From Vitrella brassicaformis CCMP3155 (taxonomy: Eukaryota; Protista; Chromerida), in contig CDMY01000613.1 in assembly GCA_001179505.1 (NCBI GenBank), positions 1 through 64,000 on the forward strand: a stretch of DNA of 64,000 bases. The letters are read 5' to 3'. Within the stretch, counting starts at the first letter, position 1; every line of letters starts with the position of its first letter. Below the pieces are notes generated by a model. That model was not told the DNA's origin and did no database searches. It worked only from the letters and a program-made list of their open reading frames with translations. Below are positions 12,344 through 26,050 of this stretch, one piece after another. The position numbers and the translations under genes are program-made.

Positions 12344-14790
12344 CTATCTCTTTTTGCCCTTTTTCTTCTGTTTAGTGCCGTGGACCGATCCGCCCTGCAT
12401 GTTGGGGTCCGCGAGGGCCTGCCGCCTGACCTTGATGTGATGCTCCAGGTCGCGTACCTCCCCCTGCAGCTCCTCCATACGCTCCTCCTTGGCCCGCCGA
12501 CGCGCCTGCTGCCGCGCATTCTCCTCGCCCTCACGCAACTCGGCCTCCAACCTACACACACGAACACGCACACCCACACAGGCACAGCTCTCTGTGTGTG
12601 GGAGGGAGGGAGGCGGTGTGTCTTGTCTGTGTGTCGTACGAGCGTACTTCTGTCTGTCGCTTTGGAATTCGATTTGTTTCTGCTGCTGGGTGAGTGTGGC
12701 GCAGAGCTTCTCGAGTGAGGCGTGCTGGCTGCGGAGTTTCCGCTCCTCCGCCGACAGAGAGGCGATGCTGTCGTCAAGCTGACATGCACACACACACACA
12801 CACACACGGACAAGGACAGTGAGACATATCATTGCCAATGTTGTTTATGCCTTCACATTGACACGCACCTTTGTCTTTTGTAGCTGCAGGTGGCTGAGCT
12901 GCTTGGTGAGCTGCTCAACCAGCCGCTGCGCCTCCCTAACCTGCTCCTGACCCTCCTAGTCAATGACACACACACAGAGGCATGCAAGCCAAGAAGTCCA
13001 CACACCATCGCCCGTCCGTCCGTCTCTTTCTCACCCGTTGTTTGGCCTCGAAGGTGGACAGCTGTATGGCGAGCTGCTGCTCGTAGTAGTCCCTCTGTCC
13101 GTCGAGCTGCGACGCCAGCAGCTGGTTGAACTCGGCCAGCCAGTTCTCCAGCCGCCCCTCACGCAGCAGCTTGTTGTTAGTGTTATGGCCCTCCCTCCCG
13201 CCACCACCACCAGCCCCACCCCCGCTGCCCTCACCCCCCTCACCGCCCTCCACAGACAGCGAAAACGACACCCGCCGACCCCACGTCTGTGTCTGCGGCG
13301 TGCCCTCGCTCTCAGACGACCCCCCGCCGCCCATCCCCATCCCCATCCCCATGCCCAGGCCTCCGCCGCCGCCCTCGCTGCTGCTGGTGCCGCTCGCGCC
13401 GTCCTGCGAGCCGTCGGGCGGGACCACCTCGACCATCTTGCCGTCCAGCTTGTTCTGGATGAGTCGGTGGACGTAGCCGTCCCTCGCGTAATCCCACACG
13501 CGCTGCGTCTGGGCCACGATGGCGTAGGTGTGGCGGGTGGTCTCGTAGTGCTGACGCGCATGACCGCCGCGAGGACGGGGGCTGGCGCTCGGAGTGGCCA
13601 CGGGGAGGAGGCGGTCTTGAGCTCCTGTCGGTGTGTCCCTTCTCTTCTTTCTGGTCTTTTTGCTGTCGACTGCGTCTGTGTGGTTGTCGGACGGTGGGAG
13701 GGCCGCGTCGCCCCCCCTGTCGCCTCTATCGCGAGCTGTGGTGTTCGGGTCGTCGGCACATCCGATGAAGCCGCAGACCAGGCAGATGTGGATGTTGTCC
13801 ATGCTGCCGCACACGTCGCAGCACGACGCACGGAAGGGGAACTGCTGGAACCGGCAGACCGGACAGGACGTGTCGCACCACCGCCGGAGACAGTTGGCGT
13901 GGAAGGTGTGGCCACACAAGACATTGAGCGCCACGCCTGTGCCGCCGTCCTTGGCTGCTGATGCCTCCGCCGACTCGCCTGGCACGGTTGACAGCGACCG
14001 CCCCCTCTCAGCAGCACCACTCGTGTCGTCACCCTGAAGGTCCCGCTTGCCCTCGAGCATCTCCAGGCAGACGGCGCAGTACTGGGGCGACTCCCACTTG
14101 CCGAAAATCGTGTGCGGGGGGTTGAAGACGGTCTTGGTGGTCAGGGGGGCGTCCTTGTCGCCGCCCGCCGTGTCCTCAGCGATCTCCGTGATGCTGATCT
14201 CCGTCACCAGGTGGAGCCTGCACGCGTCGCTCTCGAGAGGGTTGTAGGCCTTGCCGTCACACGACCGGATCAGCCGCTCGGCCGTCGACTGGGTGCACAG
14301 AAGCAGCATCAGATAGACGTCGGCCTCAGGGCCGTGCAGCACCTTGGCGAACTCCAGCGAGATCCCTTGAAGCTGCTGCTGCTCCTGGTCCTGCTGCTGG
14401 TGGTGGTCGTCATCTCGCTTGGCCTCGTCTGCCGATGCAGTGATGAAGTCGAGCAGTTCTGTGGGCATCGTGTGGGAGGGCACGCGGCTCGCCAGGACCA
14501 CTGCAGGGTCGGATGGGGAGGTGGTGGATGGCTGATTGGAGGAGGGCGGTGGTGGGAATGTGCGCCAGTATTTGATCTTGCCATTGGTGATCTCGATGGA
14601 CGGGTTGCCGGACCAGTACTCCACCTCCTCCTCGTCTGTTGATACCGACAATGCCGCCGCTGCTGCTGCTGCTGCAGATGCTGCTGGGCAGCCACAAGGA
14701 TACGTGTGTGTGGTGGAGATGTGTGTGCGGTGCTTTTTGACTGTTCGTACCTGCTGGCGCTTCGCTGGTCTGGAACTTGTTGACGCTCAT
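12344..14790 (-). CDS. BRAP: BRCA1-associated protein 2 (BRAP2/IMP/ETP1)-like RING + UBP-type zinc finger + coiled-coil E3 ligase
   Basis: WSGNPSIEITNG N-terminal motif; RING CAVCLEML...LCGHTFHANCLRRWCDTSCPVCRF; ZnF-UBP CDVCGSMDNIHICLVCGFIGC...GHARQHYETTRHTYA...QRVWDYARDGYVHRLIQNKLDGK; C-terminal coiled coil. The start codon at 14790 is tentative. Confidence 0.92.
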
Positions 14791-15005
14791 AGAAAGACGA
14801 TGAAAGTGGCAAAAACGTTGACCCTCAACGTCTGTGTGTGACAGCTGACTCCTCCTTCCCTCCTCCTCCTTTCCCCCCCTGCATCCCAGCTCGCAAATGT
14901 GAGCGATAGGGACTAGCTCCTTTTCGTCCACCTTTCTCTGCAGGAGAGCATAGGTCTTCCAAGCCAGCGCCGCTGTACTGTTTGATGCAGACGTCTTCAC
15001 GACCG

Positions 15006-16270
15006 ATGCTGCGGATAGCGTGCCGAGCATCAGCCAGGGCGCCACTGAAGACAGCGGCGGCCTCCCACGCGTCGAGGAGTGACCCCTGCCATCCTCAACA
15101 CGGGGCATTCCCTTACCACACAGGCAATGGGTGCCTACAAGTGTCTGTTCCTTCGCTGGTGGGACGGTCCAGGCGGCGGCTGATGCATCGGGATATGGGC
15201 GTTCGGCACGCTGCGTCGGCTGCATCCACGACCACCCGCCCCGTCCCCCTCATCCACGTCGAGGTTGAGGAGCAGCCATCGCGGTCTGATCTCACTTCCC
15301 TCAAAGAGGCAATCGACATCAACGGTGAGATGCCCCACGACGAGCATCACGAGGAGCGGCCAGAGGAGCCCACAGAGCCCCGTTTCCCCCCGCCCCCTCC
15401 CCGCCCTTATCCGCGACATGTGATCCAGCTGGTCGACCGGCTGATGGAGCTCTCACAGGCCGAGGCAGATCAGCTGTGTCAGCTGCTGACCGAGAAGATG
15501 ACCCCCCGGCCTGCGGCGAGCGTCAGCAGCAAGGGCAAGGGGAAGGATAAGTTCGAGCCGAAGCCTGTGGCGAGTCGGGTGCCCTTCCCACATCCTGCGG
15601 GCATGTTTCTTGGCGTCAGGGCGCCGCTTGCTCTGGGCATGCGGCCGCTGACGTTGCCGGGGGTGGGGGCCGCCATTGCTGCCAAAGGAAACCTGGTGGG
15701 TGTGAGGGCATAAGACAGCCAATGGATGGATGGATGGATGGATGGACACAGAGATGATCGTGCAGTTACGTGTTTGTGGGTCTGTCTGTGCAGGAGCAGA
15801 TGGCCGCCATGCAAGCCAACATGGCGGCCAATCCAGAGGCATATGCAACATCGGGGGCCGCCCCACCCCCTGCCCAGCCAGTTGCGGCAGCAGCCGACGA
15901 CACCGAGGCGGCATCGGCTGAAGTTTATCCGAGCAGCGGTGGTGCTGCATCGGCGAGTGCGGCAGAGGAGAAGCCTGTGGTGGGGTTGAAGCTGCACAAG
16001 CTAGGCGACGCGAGCAAGAAGATCGCTGTGATCAAGGAGGTCCGGGCGCTCACCACAATGGGGCTCAAGGTGGGCTACACACACGGACGCACTCGTAAGA
16101 ATGAGATCGGTCCATCCATGTGTGCGTGTCTATGTTTTCGTGTGTGTCAGGAGAGCAAGGAGCTGGTAGAGTCGGTGCCCAAGATGCTCAAGCGGGGGAT
16201 GGCCAGGGAGGAGGCACAAACATGGAAAGAGAAGCTTGAGGCGCTGGGCGCAGAGGTCACCCTGGAATGA
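15006..16270 (+). CDS. MRPL12: Organellar (probably mitochondrial) ribosomal protein L7/L12 with long N-terminal extension
   Basis: C-terminal domain [57 protein letters not shown]; dimerisation helix VIQLVDRLMELSQAEADQL; Arg/Ala/Ser-rich presequence. Confidence 0.9.
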
Positions 16271-16529
16271 ATGAACCAGTGCCTGGCCTGCATTGGACGC
16301 GGCGAGGCGAGGCGAGATGAGACGAGGCGGCGAGTGCAGCATGGCACGCATGATATGTCACGTGCGTGCGGCGCGGTGTGCAGGGGGCGGCCGAGGGGGG
16401 AAGCTTTTCGGTTTATGGTGTGTCTGAAACAAACCGGATGATGCGAGTGGATGGGTGGAGGGATGGATGGGCGGATGGGTCGGGTCGCTCTATCGGGGCA
16501 TGGAAGACATTTCTGTGTGTATGCGCCAG

Positions 16530-16614
16530 GAGGAAAGGTCCCAACTGACCTTCTTTTTCTCGTCGGTGCGTGAGGAAAGGTCCCAACTGACCTTCTTTTT
16601 CTCGTCGGTGCGTG
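16530..16614. repeat. Perfect 42-bp tandem duplication in the convergent intergenic region
   Basis: gaggaaaggtcccaactgaccttctttttctcgtcggtgcgt occurs at 16530 and 16572. Confidence 0.9.
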
Positions 16615-17052
16615 TGGTGGAGGCGTGTGGCGTAAGAGAGAGAGATGGATGGGATGGGCATGGGTGCGTTGACGGGGGGACTGATGGGCAGATTGGGACG
16701 TGGGGGAGACAGAGAGAGAGAGAGAGACGTCACTACCTACGTCGACATTACGGATGGATAAGAAGTCGTTAAACTGAAACTGGAATCGGTCATTCATTCA
16801 CACAGTCACGTAACACCCAAACATGCGATCGCAGACAGTGCACGGCGGCCGAGATGGCCACACGTGCAAGCAAGCCAGACTGTCAGACAGACAGTCGGAG
16901 GATGGATAATCAAAGCATCGGAGGACTAGACACACACACCCCCTTGCACAGCATGCAACCAAGCTGACTCGGGTGCTGTGGTGTGGTGTGTGGTGTGGTG
17001 TGGAGACACAGTGTCCCTCAGACAATGGCCGGCCGGACGTCTGTGTTGTAAG

Positions 17053-19280
17053 TCATGTTTTGTTGGTAACCCACTTGGCGAGGAACCCTCTGGCGGTCTT
17101 CAGGTTGGCCTGATGAACATCGCCGCAATCAATCACGCGCACCCATGCAGTATTCAATGGCTGACTGACTTCGTGCAGACTCTTGCCGGCCCGCATGTGT
17201 GTCCGGGTGGTGTTGGTCTGTGTCTGGTCCACTGCACCCACCCACAACGGAAACACGGGGAGGGGGGGACAGCTGAGGTTTTTTATCGTCCTTCACGCAT
17301 TCATGGCTACCCGGCTGTGGGCGGGTGACGATGTGGCCGACAGGCTCAACCTGGGCAGTGCAGCGGAATGCACAGCAGCCAGGTTATTTGCTGCGCCGTC
17401 GCTGTGTCTCTTTCCCTTCCTTGCTTCTACCTACCCTGTGAGCGGGGGGTGTGGGCGCCTCCTCGGATACTTCTGATGTTTCGTTGCCCTTGCTGCTGGC
17501 TGTCTGAAGTCTCTCAGCGTCTGGGGCGGTGGCGTTGAGCTCAATGGGCGGGGGTGTGGTGGCTGTTGTCAGGATGCCGGGAGGGGCCGCCGCTGAGACA
17601 TAACACATACATAGTGACGACACGTGTTCGTGTGTGTTGTCTTCCGTCCTCACTTGTTGGGGGCGGTTTGGGGGTTGCAGGTGGTAGGGTGACGTTCCAG
17701 TTGACCACCTCCTTGCCCTGTTGCTGACCTGCGTCGCGCCCTGCCTGCCGCCCCGCCTCACGTGCTGCCGCCTCTGTCGCCTCATCAGCCGCTGCTGACG
17801 CACCCGCCTCCCGACCTGACACATGCCCACAACACAGACATGGCGATCTGTGGGGGTTTCTCCTTTCTGCGGCGTGTGTCTGTGCCCACCCACTCACCAG
17901 CTTGTCTGCCGAGGTGTTCGCCGGCTTGCCCGCCTGCTTCATGGCCAGATTGCCGACCTGCGGTGGCCCCCGCCTCGGCACCTGCGGACGCGCCGATCTG
18001 ATATGCGGGATTGTGTACCGGGAACAGCGCAAAGGGGAAAGAGAGAGACATGTAGAGACATGTAATGCTGCACCTACCTCTTTGGCCTCAGCCTGTGTGA
18101 GGGGTGCTTTGGTTGTGGTGGATGTGGTGGTGGTTGTGGTGCTTGGCCTGTATCCAATGGAACAGCGCAGAGAGGGGGAGAGGGTGACACAGAGAAGCCG
18201 ACACGGCATTCATGCTCACGACGACGTAGTGGTAGTGGTAGTGGTAGTTGTTGTTGGCTCTTCTTTCGGCGCCACGGTGATCCCTGCAGACCACACACAG
18301 ACAGGACACAAACATATCGGTGGGATGAAGCCCTCACACCACACATGGGTGTGGGAACGCACCGCCGAAGTGAGCCTGCCACTCTGCTTTGCTGACTTGG
18401 CCATCCTTGTCCCCATCCAAGGACTGTTTGGAACAAAGGAAACCAGTGGCGTCCTGGGGCTGTCACATCTATCTACATCTGTGCGTACTTTGAACAGGGT
18501 GTCTACTTCCTCTGGGCTGCCGGCGATACGCAGCTGCTGGGCCAACGCGTCTACCTCACCGTGGGTCAGATTCCTGAATGATCCGCGCGCGCAGAGAAGC
18601 TGATCCACATGCGAGTGTCTCTTCCTCATATGTACCCGTCACTGTTTGCATCCGCTGCTTTGAAGCTTTGTGACCACTGGTTGAACGCCCCCTCCATCTC
18701 ATTTGTCAAGCGGTCAACCATCTCTGTTTACAAACGAAACGAGCACCAACAGGAAGATGCCCTCATTGATTACTGGTTCGTTCGTTCACAGACCTTTGGG
18801 TGGTGCGGTGGTCGAAGCCTTCAGGGCCTTGAGCTGATGAAATGAAAAAGGTGGAGGGAGGAAGGGAGAGACATGTGAGACGCGTGCACAGAAGACCCCT
18901 GGCAGTGTGTGTATGTGCCTCTTCGTCTGTTGGAAGCTTGTCTTTGTCGAGGGTAGGTTTGGTCACGATCGGCCCGGCAGCGTTGTTCAGCTCCTCCTGG
19001 GCCTTGGCAGCCGCCTGCTCTGCCTCCACAGCCTGACGAGCCACACACACACACAGGAAGAGAAAGAGACACCATCAAGACCACGGAAACAGCCCCAACA
19101 TCCGTCCGTAGCATGTGTGTACCTTCCTCCGTTGTTCCTCCTCTTTGGCCTTCTGCTCGTCAAGCTCCCTCTTCGCACGCTCCTCGGGACTCATTTCCTC
19201 CTCTTGAGCCTTCGACACCTGCTGGCCCTTGGCAGCCTCCTCGTGCACCTTTAACCTTCCCGCCATGTCATCTGCCGCCG

Positions 19281-19312
<32 letters not shown>

Positions 19313-20799
19313 GTGCTGCTCTCAGGTGGAGTCTCCTTGGGCGGGTGTGTGTTGGTGTCTGTGTGGGGGTGGGTGATGATTGGGTTGGGGCTGGTGGTTG
19401 TCGGTGGAGGGCTGGTGGTCGTTGTCGGGGGCACTGTAGTTGGCGGGGCGAAGTGTGCGTCCCATTCGGCTTTGCTGATCTTGCCGCTTTTGTCCTCGTC
19501 GAAGGCCTGAGAAGCCGAAGCCCCATTATTATGCTTGGACAATGGCCACAGATGGCCATCCATCTTCTGTGCTGACCTTGAAGAGTGCATTGATTTCCTC
19601 TTGGCTGTATGCGACGCCTAGGTGGCTGACCAACACATCAAACTCAGCCTGATCAAGGTACCTGCAACACACCACAACACACCACACCCACATCGAGACA
19701 ACAATGAAGGACCAGAGAAGAAAAGTCGCTCCTCCGCCGTCCCTCGCCCGTCATTGTTCTTGTCTGAGTCATCGAATGCCTTCGCCGGCTCCCTATATGT
19801 CGACGCAAGGGCGTCATAAAAGTCTTTGAGCAGGTCTGCAGAGAGAGACATCCACATGTATGGATCACGTTCAGGCGAGAGCCACAAGAACAGACTCCGC
19901 ACCTTTGAGGCTTGCGTGTGGGTGGACGCCCCATGGTTTCCTGTTGTGGTGGTGCTCAAACATCTCAAGCAGATAACACGAGTGCAGCGTGTCGATATCG
20001 TCATGCGCTATGGAGTAATTGAGGAAGCGCATAAACCGGCTGCAGTAGTGCTGACGACAGACACCACCTTTATGCCCACAACCAGCCCCGCATCTTCTTG
20101 TCGCTTGCCCACCTCTCCTCGTGTGTGGTGCACTCTCATGCAGGCTCCATAGGCCAGGTCAGCCACAGGCTCGGACCGCAGGAGCCTGTCCATCGTGTTG
20201 CTGCAGAACAGCGCCTCCCCCACATTGGAACAGAACTTCCCGCCATCCACACCCACGCCTAGCCTTCCGGCCCGCCCACGCGCAGCCGCATACGCCCGCG
20301 CAAAGAACAAGCACCGGGGCTCCTCTGTGAACGACTCATTGCAGGCCTTCCCCGCGGCCGCCTCAGCGGCCTTGAAAGCAGTCAGGTTCTGTTGGTTGAG
20401 ATCGTCGACGATTTCGAGACACTCGGTCTCCAGGAAATCATCTTTGGTTGTGTTGCCGAATAGGGCATCCCAGAATGACCAGTCAGAGGATGTGTTTGAC
20501 GAGAGGCTGGGCAGGAGAGCTGCTTGTGGCGATGCTGGTTGGAGAGATAAAGGTAGGGGAGCGTTGGGAGTGCTGGGATCGATGGTTTGGTCGGCATTGA
20601 GCAAAGGGCTGGTGCGGGGAGACCTCAGGGAAGGGGAAATGCAGCATGCTGGCTGGACCTGATGGATGCATAGATGGATGGGTGGATGGATGGATGCACA
20701 GACAGACAGACTCATTGTGGTGCGGTGTTTTTGTCGTACCAGGTAGACCGATTGTAAGATCAGCAGGAAAAAGAGGCTCAGCAGCCTTGCTGCATCCAT
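17053..20799 (-). CDS. Secreted protein: signal peptide, Cys-rich domain, two EF-hand pairs, Thr-rich mucin-like linkers
   Basis: MDAARLLSLFFLLILQS signal. EF-hand loops DSDKNNDGRYLDQAEF, DEDKSGKISKAEW, DANSDGNLTHGEV and DGDKDGQVSKAEW lie in phase-consistent exons, with poly-T stretches between them. The 3' end is tentative. Confidence 0.7.
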
Positions 20800-20901
20800 G
20801 CTGCAACCAATGGACCTCCGCCGCATTTACATGCATTTACAGATGCTTGAGTTGCCGAACTCCTTCCCCCTAGCCAGCGTCGTCCTTACGGCCGCGGTGC
20901 G

Positions 20902-22669
20902 ATGGCGGCATCGGCGGAAGGGCAGGAGGGGCAGGGGAGTGTGTGCGACCAGCTGGAGATCCTGCCGGGGAGGCTGGAGTGGCGCACATTCGACCCCGAC
21001 CACCCCGACCCCGACGCACCTGCCCTCAACTCCTGGGACGGGCCGCACAAGGTCTACTGCTGGCACCCAGATCTCACCACCAGCTACGAACCGGTCAGGG
21101 GAAGAGGATGGGCAGCCAGCCATCGATGCCACTGGATGGACTGGATGGATGGATGATGGATGGATGGATGGGCCTTTGTTGCAGTTTCATAGCGATTTCG
21201 GGCCGCTGAATCTGGGGTGCACCTGGCGGTTCTGCGAATGGGTGGACAAGTTTATGCAGGTGAGCATATGGGTGGGNNNNNNNNNNNNNNNNNNNNNNNN
21301 NNNNNNNNNNNNNNNNNNNNNNNNNNNNNNNNNNNNNNNNNNNNNNNNNNNNNNNNNNNNNNNNNNNNNNNNNNNNNNNNNNNNNNNNNNNNNNNNNNNN
21401 NNNNNNNNNNNNNNNNNNNNNNNNNNNNNNNNNNNNNNNNNNNNNNNNNNNNNNNNNNNNNNNNNNNNNNNNNNNNNNNNNNNNNNNNNNNNNNNNNNNN
21501 NNNNNNNNNNNNNNNNNNNNNNNNNNNNNNNNNNNNNNNNNNNNNNNNNNNNNNNNNNNNNNNNNNNNNNNNNNNNAGTTTATGCAGGTGAGCATATGGG
21601 TGGGTGGGTGGGTGGGCGAGTGGGGCTGTAAAGGCCGGCAGGGAGTGGCATATGTGTGTGTGTATGCCGTGTGCCGGTGGATGTATGTCAGCATCAGAGC
21701 GATGGCAAGCTCATCTACCATACCCAGAACACGCCTGAGCAGCGTACGTAAATGAATCCCACACCCCCTCACACCAACACCCACACACCCCCGCGCAGCC
21801 AGCTTCGGATACCCATCTCTTTCTCTGTGTGCGGTGTGTGGTGTGGTGTGGTGTGGTGTTGTATGTTGGTCAGGTTCGAACGCCGCATACCTCATCGGAG
21901 CCTACCTAGTACACACATCCATCACATGGATCTCACTGCAATGGCCCTCCCTCTATGTGTGTCGGTCCCTCTCAGGTGGTCATGAAGGGCTGGAAGTCGA
22001 CGGACGTCTACGCCCTCTTCGCAAGTGTGCCTGCACATAATAATAGCATTCTCAACACACACACGTCCCTGCACACAGACGACTGACTCTTCGGATGTGT
22101 GCGGGACTTGTGTGTCGTGCAGGAGTGTCGGCAGGGTTCAAGATGTACCGCGATGCGTCATCCATGCCAGAATCCACATGGGATATGGACGTAAGGACAC
22201 AACACGGCACGCGACACGCACACACTCGGGCGTCATGTGTTGTCTGCTATGTGTGTGTGTGCGTTCGTGTGTGTATATGTGTGTGTGTGTGTTGTGCAGC
22301 TGTTGTGCTGCTATCAGGGCCTCGAGAAGGCGCTGGAGTTCGGTATGTCACTCGCTGGCTGGCTGGTGTGTGGTTGCGCGGGGGCTTGTATGAGGTGTGT
22401 TGTGTTGTGTTGTGTTCTGTTCTGTTCTGTCGTGTGTGCAGGTTGGTTTGACTTCCGCACGTTCGACATCAGACAATACGAAGAGTTCGAGAAAATAGAG
22501 AAGGGTCAGCAAGTAAACCAGAGAGAGCTCTAAATGGACGTATTTCTTGCCCGGCCACCTGCTGTGCCATGCTGTGCTGTCTTGTGCTGTGCTGTGATGT
22601 GTTGTGTGTTCAGGCGACATGAATTGGTGGGGGACACACACACGGCAGCTGGGTGCAGAGGGCCCGTAC

Positions 22670-22703
<34 letters not shown>

Positions 22704-25108
22704 CTGGGGTGTGAATCGTGATTGTGTGTGGTCAGGATCCTGCCTGGCAAGTTCCTGGCGTTTTCGACCCCCACGAGCACACCCGAGCTGGCCGAAACCC
22801 TCAACGGACAGGTGGTATACCCTCCCCTCACACACACCCATCGAACCACGCAGGCACACGATGTGTGTTGGTGCAGGTGTTTTACACCAAGACGGCGTCC
22901 GACTACGCCGACGTGTTCAACACGCTCAACCTCAAGGTGGTGGTGCGCCTCAACAAACACGAGTACCACAGACAGGTCGGTCCGCACGCAGACTTACACT
23001 CACACACAAATGTAGGTGTCTCTCTCTCTCTCTCTGTGTGTGTGTGCGTGTGTGTGTGTGTGTGTGGCGTGACAGGATTTCCTCAACCGTGGGATTCAGC
23101 ACGAGGAGCTCTTCTTCCCCGACGGTAGCTGCCCAAAAGACGTATGTCAGCGACACACACATTCACACCCACACCTGCACACCCTACCCCTTATACAAAC
23201 ACACACACACACACGTGTGGCTGGCATGTGTGTGCTGGTGCGTGTGTGTGTGCGTGTGTGTGTCAGAACATCATATTTCAGTTTCTGGAGGTGACTGAGG
23301 AGGCCCACCGCAGCGGGGTCGGAGTGGCCGTACACTGCAAAGTACGTCAGTACGTCACGTCGGCCGCCCCACACACACCAACCAACACTCACACCACCAT
23401 CAGATGCGCCCGCCCGCCCCTATGTGTCGTGTGTTGTCCGTCCCTCCATCACTCCATCCATCCATCCAACAGGCAGGTTTGGGGAGGACAGGGACGCTGA
23501 TCGGACTGTATGCGATGAAGAACTACAAGTAAGTGACTTAGGGAACCTTAGTGGCCATGCAAGACAAGACACACCGGGAGGGAGGGAGGGAGGGAGGGAG
23601 AAAGGGAGACGGTGACCAAATCTGTTTTGTGTGTGTTGGTGTGTCAGGATACCTGCTAGCTCGTGGATAGCCTGGAACCGCATCTGTCGACCGGTAGCTA
23701 CTAATGCAGACTACACTCACGCGACACACACACAACATGTGAAATTCCACCCTATCTCTTTTTATGCCTCGCTCAGGGGAGCATCTTGGGCCCCCAGCAG
23801 CAGTTTCTGATCGTGAGCACACTCCACCCACCCCACCTGCACTGCACCCACACAAACAAACATACACACAGCCGTGTGTCGTGTCTCGTCTTCAGGAGAA
23901 TGAGCGGCGTTTCCACGCGTTGCCCTCTGCCGACTTCATCCGCGCCGAACTCATGGCCAGACAGAATGGGTACCATCTCTACCTCTGCCACACAGCCATG
24001 CACACACACACACACGGAGAGAGAGAGAGCATGACAAAAAAAAGAAAGAAACCTCCATCTTTTGCTGTCCTCTCCCTCTCTCTCAGTGTTCCGTTGCCGG
24101 CAGCCATCATCAACAGCGGCCCACCTGCCGCAAACACTCGCTCGGTGCACACACCCTTCCATCCATCCATCCATTGATGTCTCTTGATGCCATGAATCGA
24201 TCAGCATCGCCCGCTGGCCCGTCCGACGAGTCCTCCACCGGGTCAGACAGGTGCCCATCCCCACGCCCTCCCCCTCCCCCACCCCCACCAGCAGTACCGT
24301 CGCAACCGGCTGCTGCCGACCATGCTGCAGCTCGACGAGATGGACAAAAAGGGCGAGGAGGAGCGCGCCAAAAGGGACGGACGGAGTGAGTGAGCCAGAG
24401 GGCAGGCAGACAGGCAGGCAGGCAGGGAGGGAGGGAGGGAGGCATCAAGCGACACAGGAGGAAGGTGCGTCTTCTGTCTGTGAACAATGCAGAGTCTGCC
24501 GCTGACATAGCTATGTTTGGAGAGGAGGGCCAGGGCGAGAGACTCCTGGGCGCAAAACGGTCAGCACCCAACCCTCCCCTCCCTCGCCCCTTGCCCCCAC
24601 TACACACACGCCTTCCCTCTGTGTGTGTGTGTGTGTGTGTGTGTGCCTCAGCCGTGACACGAATGCGCGTCCAGTGTCTCCCCGTCCGCCCCGCAGTCCC
24701 CGCCGCGAGGGGGGCGGCCGCGAGTCGCCCGACTTCTCCCTCTCCCCACTCACACTCGCACCAACACGCGGCAAAAACAGACGCAAGAAGAAGCAGCAGG
24801 CTGGCGGCCACGGCACCACACACGCCACCACCACAGCAGCAGACATGGACATCGACCACCACCACCACCACCAGCAGGGACAGCAGCTGCAGCAGCAGGT
24901 GGCCGTGTCGCACACGAGCAGCAGCACCACCGCCGGTCTCGCTGCTGCCGCTGCCGCTGCTGCCAATATGGGAGTGGGTGCGGACGGGGGCCCGGGGCAG
25001 GGGCAGCGAGGTAGCGGCGAGGGTGAGGGTGAGGGTGTTGGTGTGGAGGAGGTAGAGATGGCGGAAGGCCAGGAGGGGGCCAACAATGAGGCAGACTGCC
25101 AGCAGTGA
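20902..25108 (+). CDS. CDC14: Cdc14 dual-specificity protein phosphatase (spans N gap 21277-21576)
   Basis: FHSDFGPLNLG, NAAYLIGAY, RILPGKFLAFSTP, catalytic HCK|AGLGRTGTLI, WNRICRPGSILGPQQQFL, GQGERL, and a low-complexity tail. Confidence 0.95.
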
Positions 25109-26050
25109 GGGAGGGAGATATGGGGGTCGACGTAGCTCCAATATATTGCCGTCTGGCTGGCTAGCTTGGCGTCTTTGTTGAAGGAGAATTCTCTCGAGCT
25201 GGATGGATGGACGGACAGATAGAGGGAGGGGGAGAGAGAGAGAGAGAGACGTGTTAGCACAGTATACCATTGCAGAGGGGGGGTGGGGAGAGGGGCTATT
25301 CCCGATCGATTCATCACTGCCCCTGGTGGCTGCGTGCGTGTGTGAGCGTGCAGAGAGAGGCATCACCACGCAGTCAGACAGACAGACGAGGCGCGTAGAT
25401 ATGACCCACAGCAGCGGCGGCAGCACACTCGCACACAGCAAGGCCCCCGACGCCTCACACACACACACATGTGGCTGCCTGCTACAATCGTCTGCCTGGC
25501 CTGGTGGTGTGGTGTTCGATGTCCCGACCGTGTTACTTCAGCAGCCTGCATGTGCAATGTCCCTGGTGCATGGTGCCGTCCTTACAGTTATTTGGCAGCA
25601 TGTGTGTGTGTGTGTATGTGTGTGGATGAGAGCCCTGATGGACTGACGACCCTTTCAATCACTCACAAGATTGTGTCCTCCAGCTCCGCCGTCGTGTCCG
25701 TCAAAACACACACACACACACACATCCACAGACACACACACACACACACATCCACAGCCACAGCAATTAAATAAAACCACACACATGGATGCAGTCAATC
25801 ACGCCGCCTCCCCCCTCCTCCCCCGACAGCCACACAAAACATCAAAGGACACAAGTCAGCCAGCGCAGTACGCACACGCACCCGGACGGACACACACACA
25901 CACACACCGATGATAAGCGCGCCTTTGCACCGCTAAGCGGACAGATCTCTCGTCTGCCCCGAGCTAAGCTGCGTCTACGGACCACACACACACACACACA
26001 CACGTGTCACATCGGTCAGCCATCCACACACGCGGCATCGCGTCGCAGCA

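Noticed and set aside
12963-14032. Long antisense and alternative-frame ORFs overlapping BRAP2 (also seen over GH47, bestrophin and 58462-59775)
   Set aside because: Expected shadows of GC-rich coding sequence; no independent motifs.
21249-21604. Duplicated agtttatgcaggtgagcatatgggtggg on both sides of the N gap
   Set aside because: Overlapping contig ends around a fixed 300-N gap; an assembly artefact, not an exon duplication.
24840-24965. Poly-His/Gln/Ala tail of Cdc14
   Set aside because: Trinucleotide-repeat low complexity is ubiquitous in this genome's proteins.
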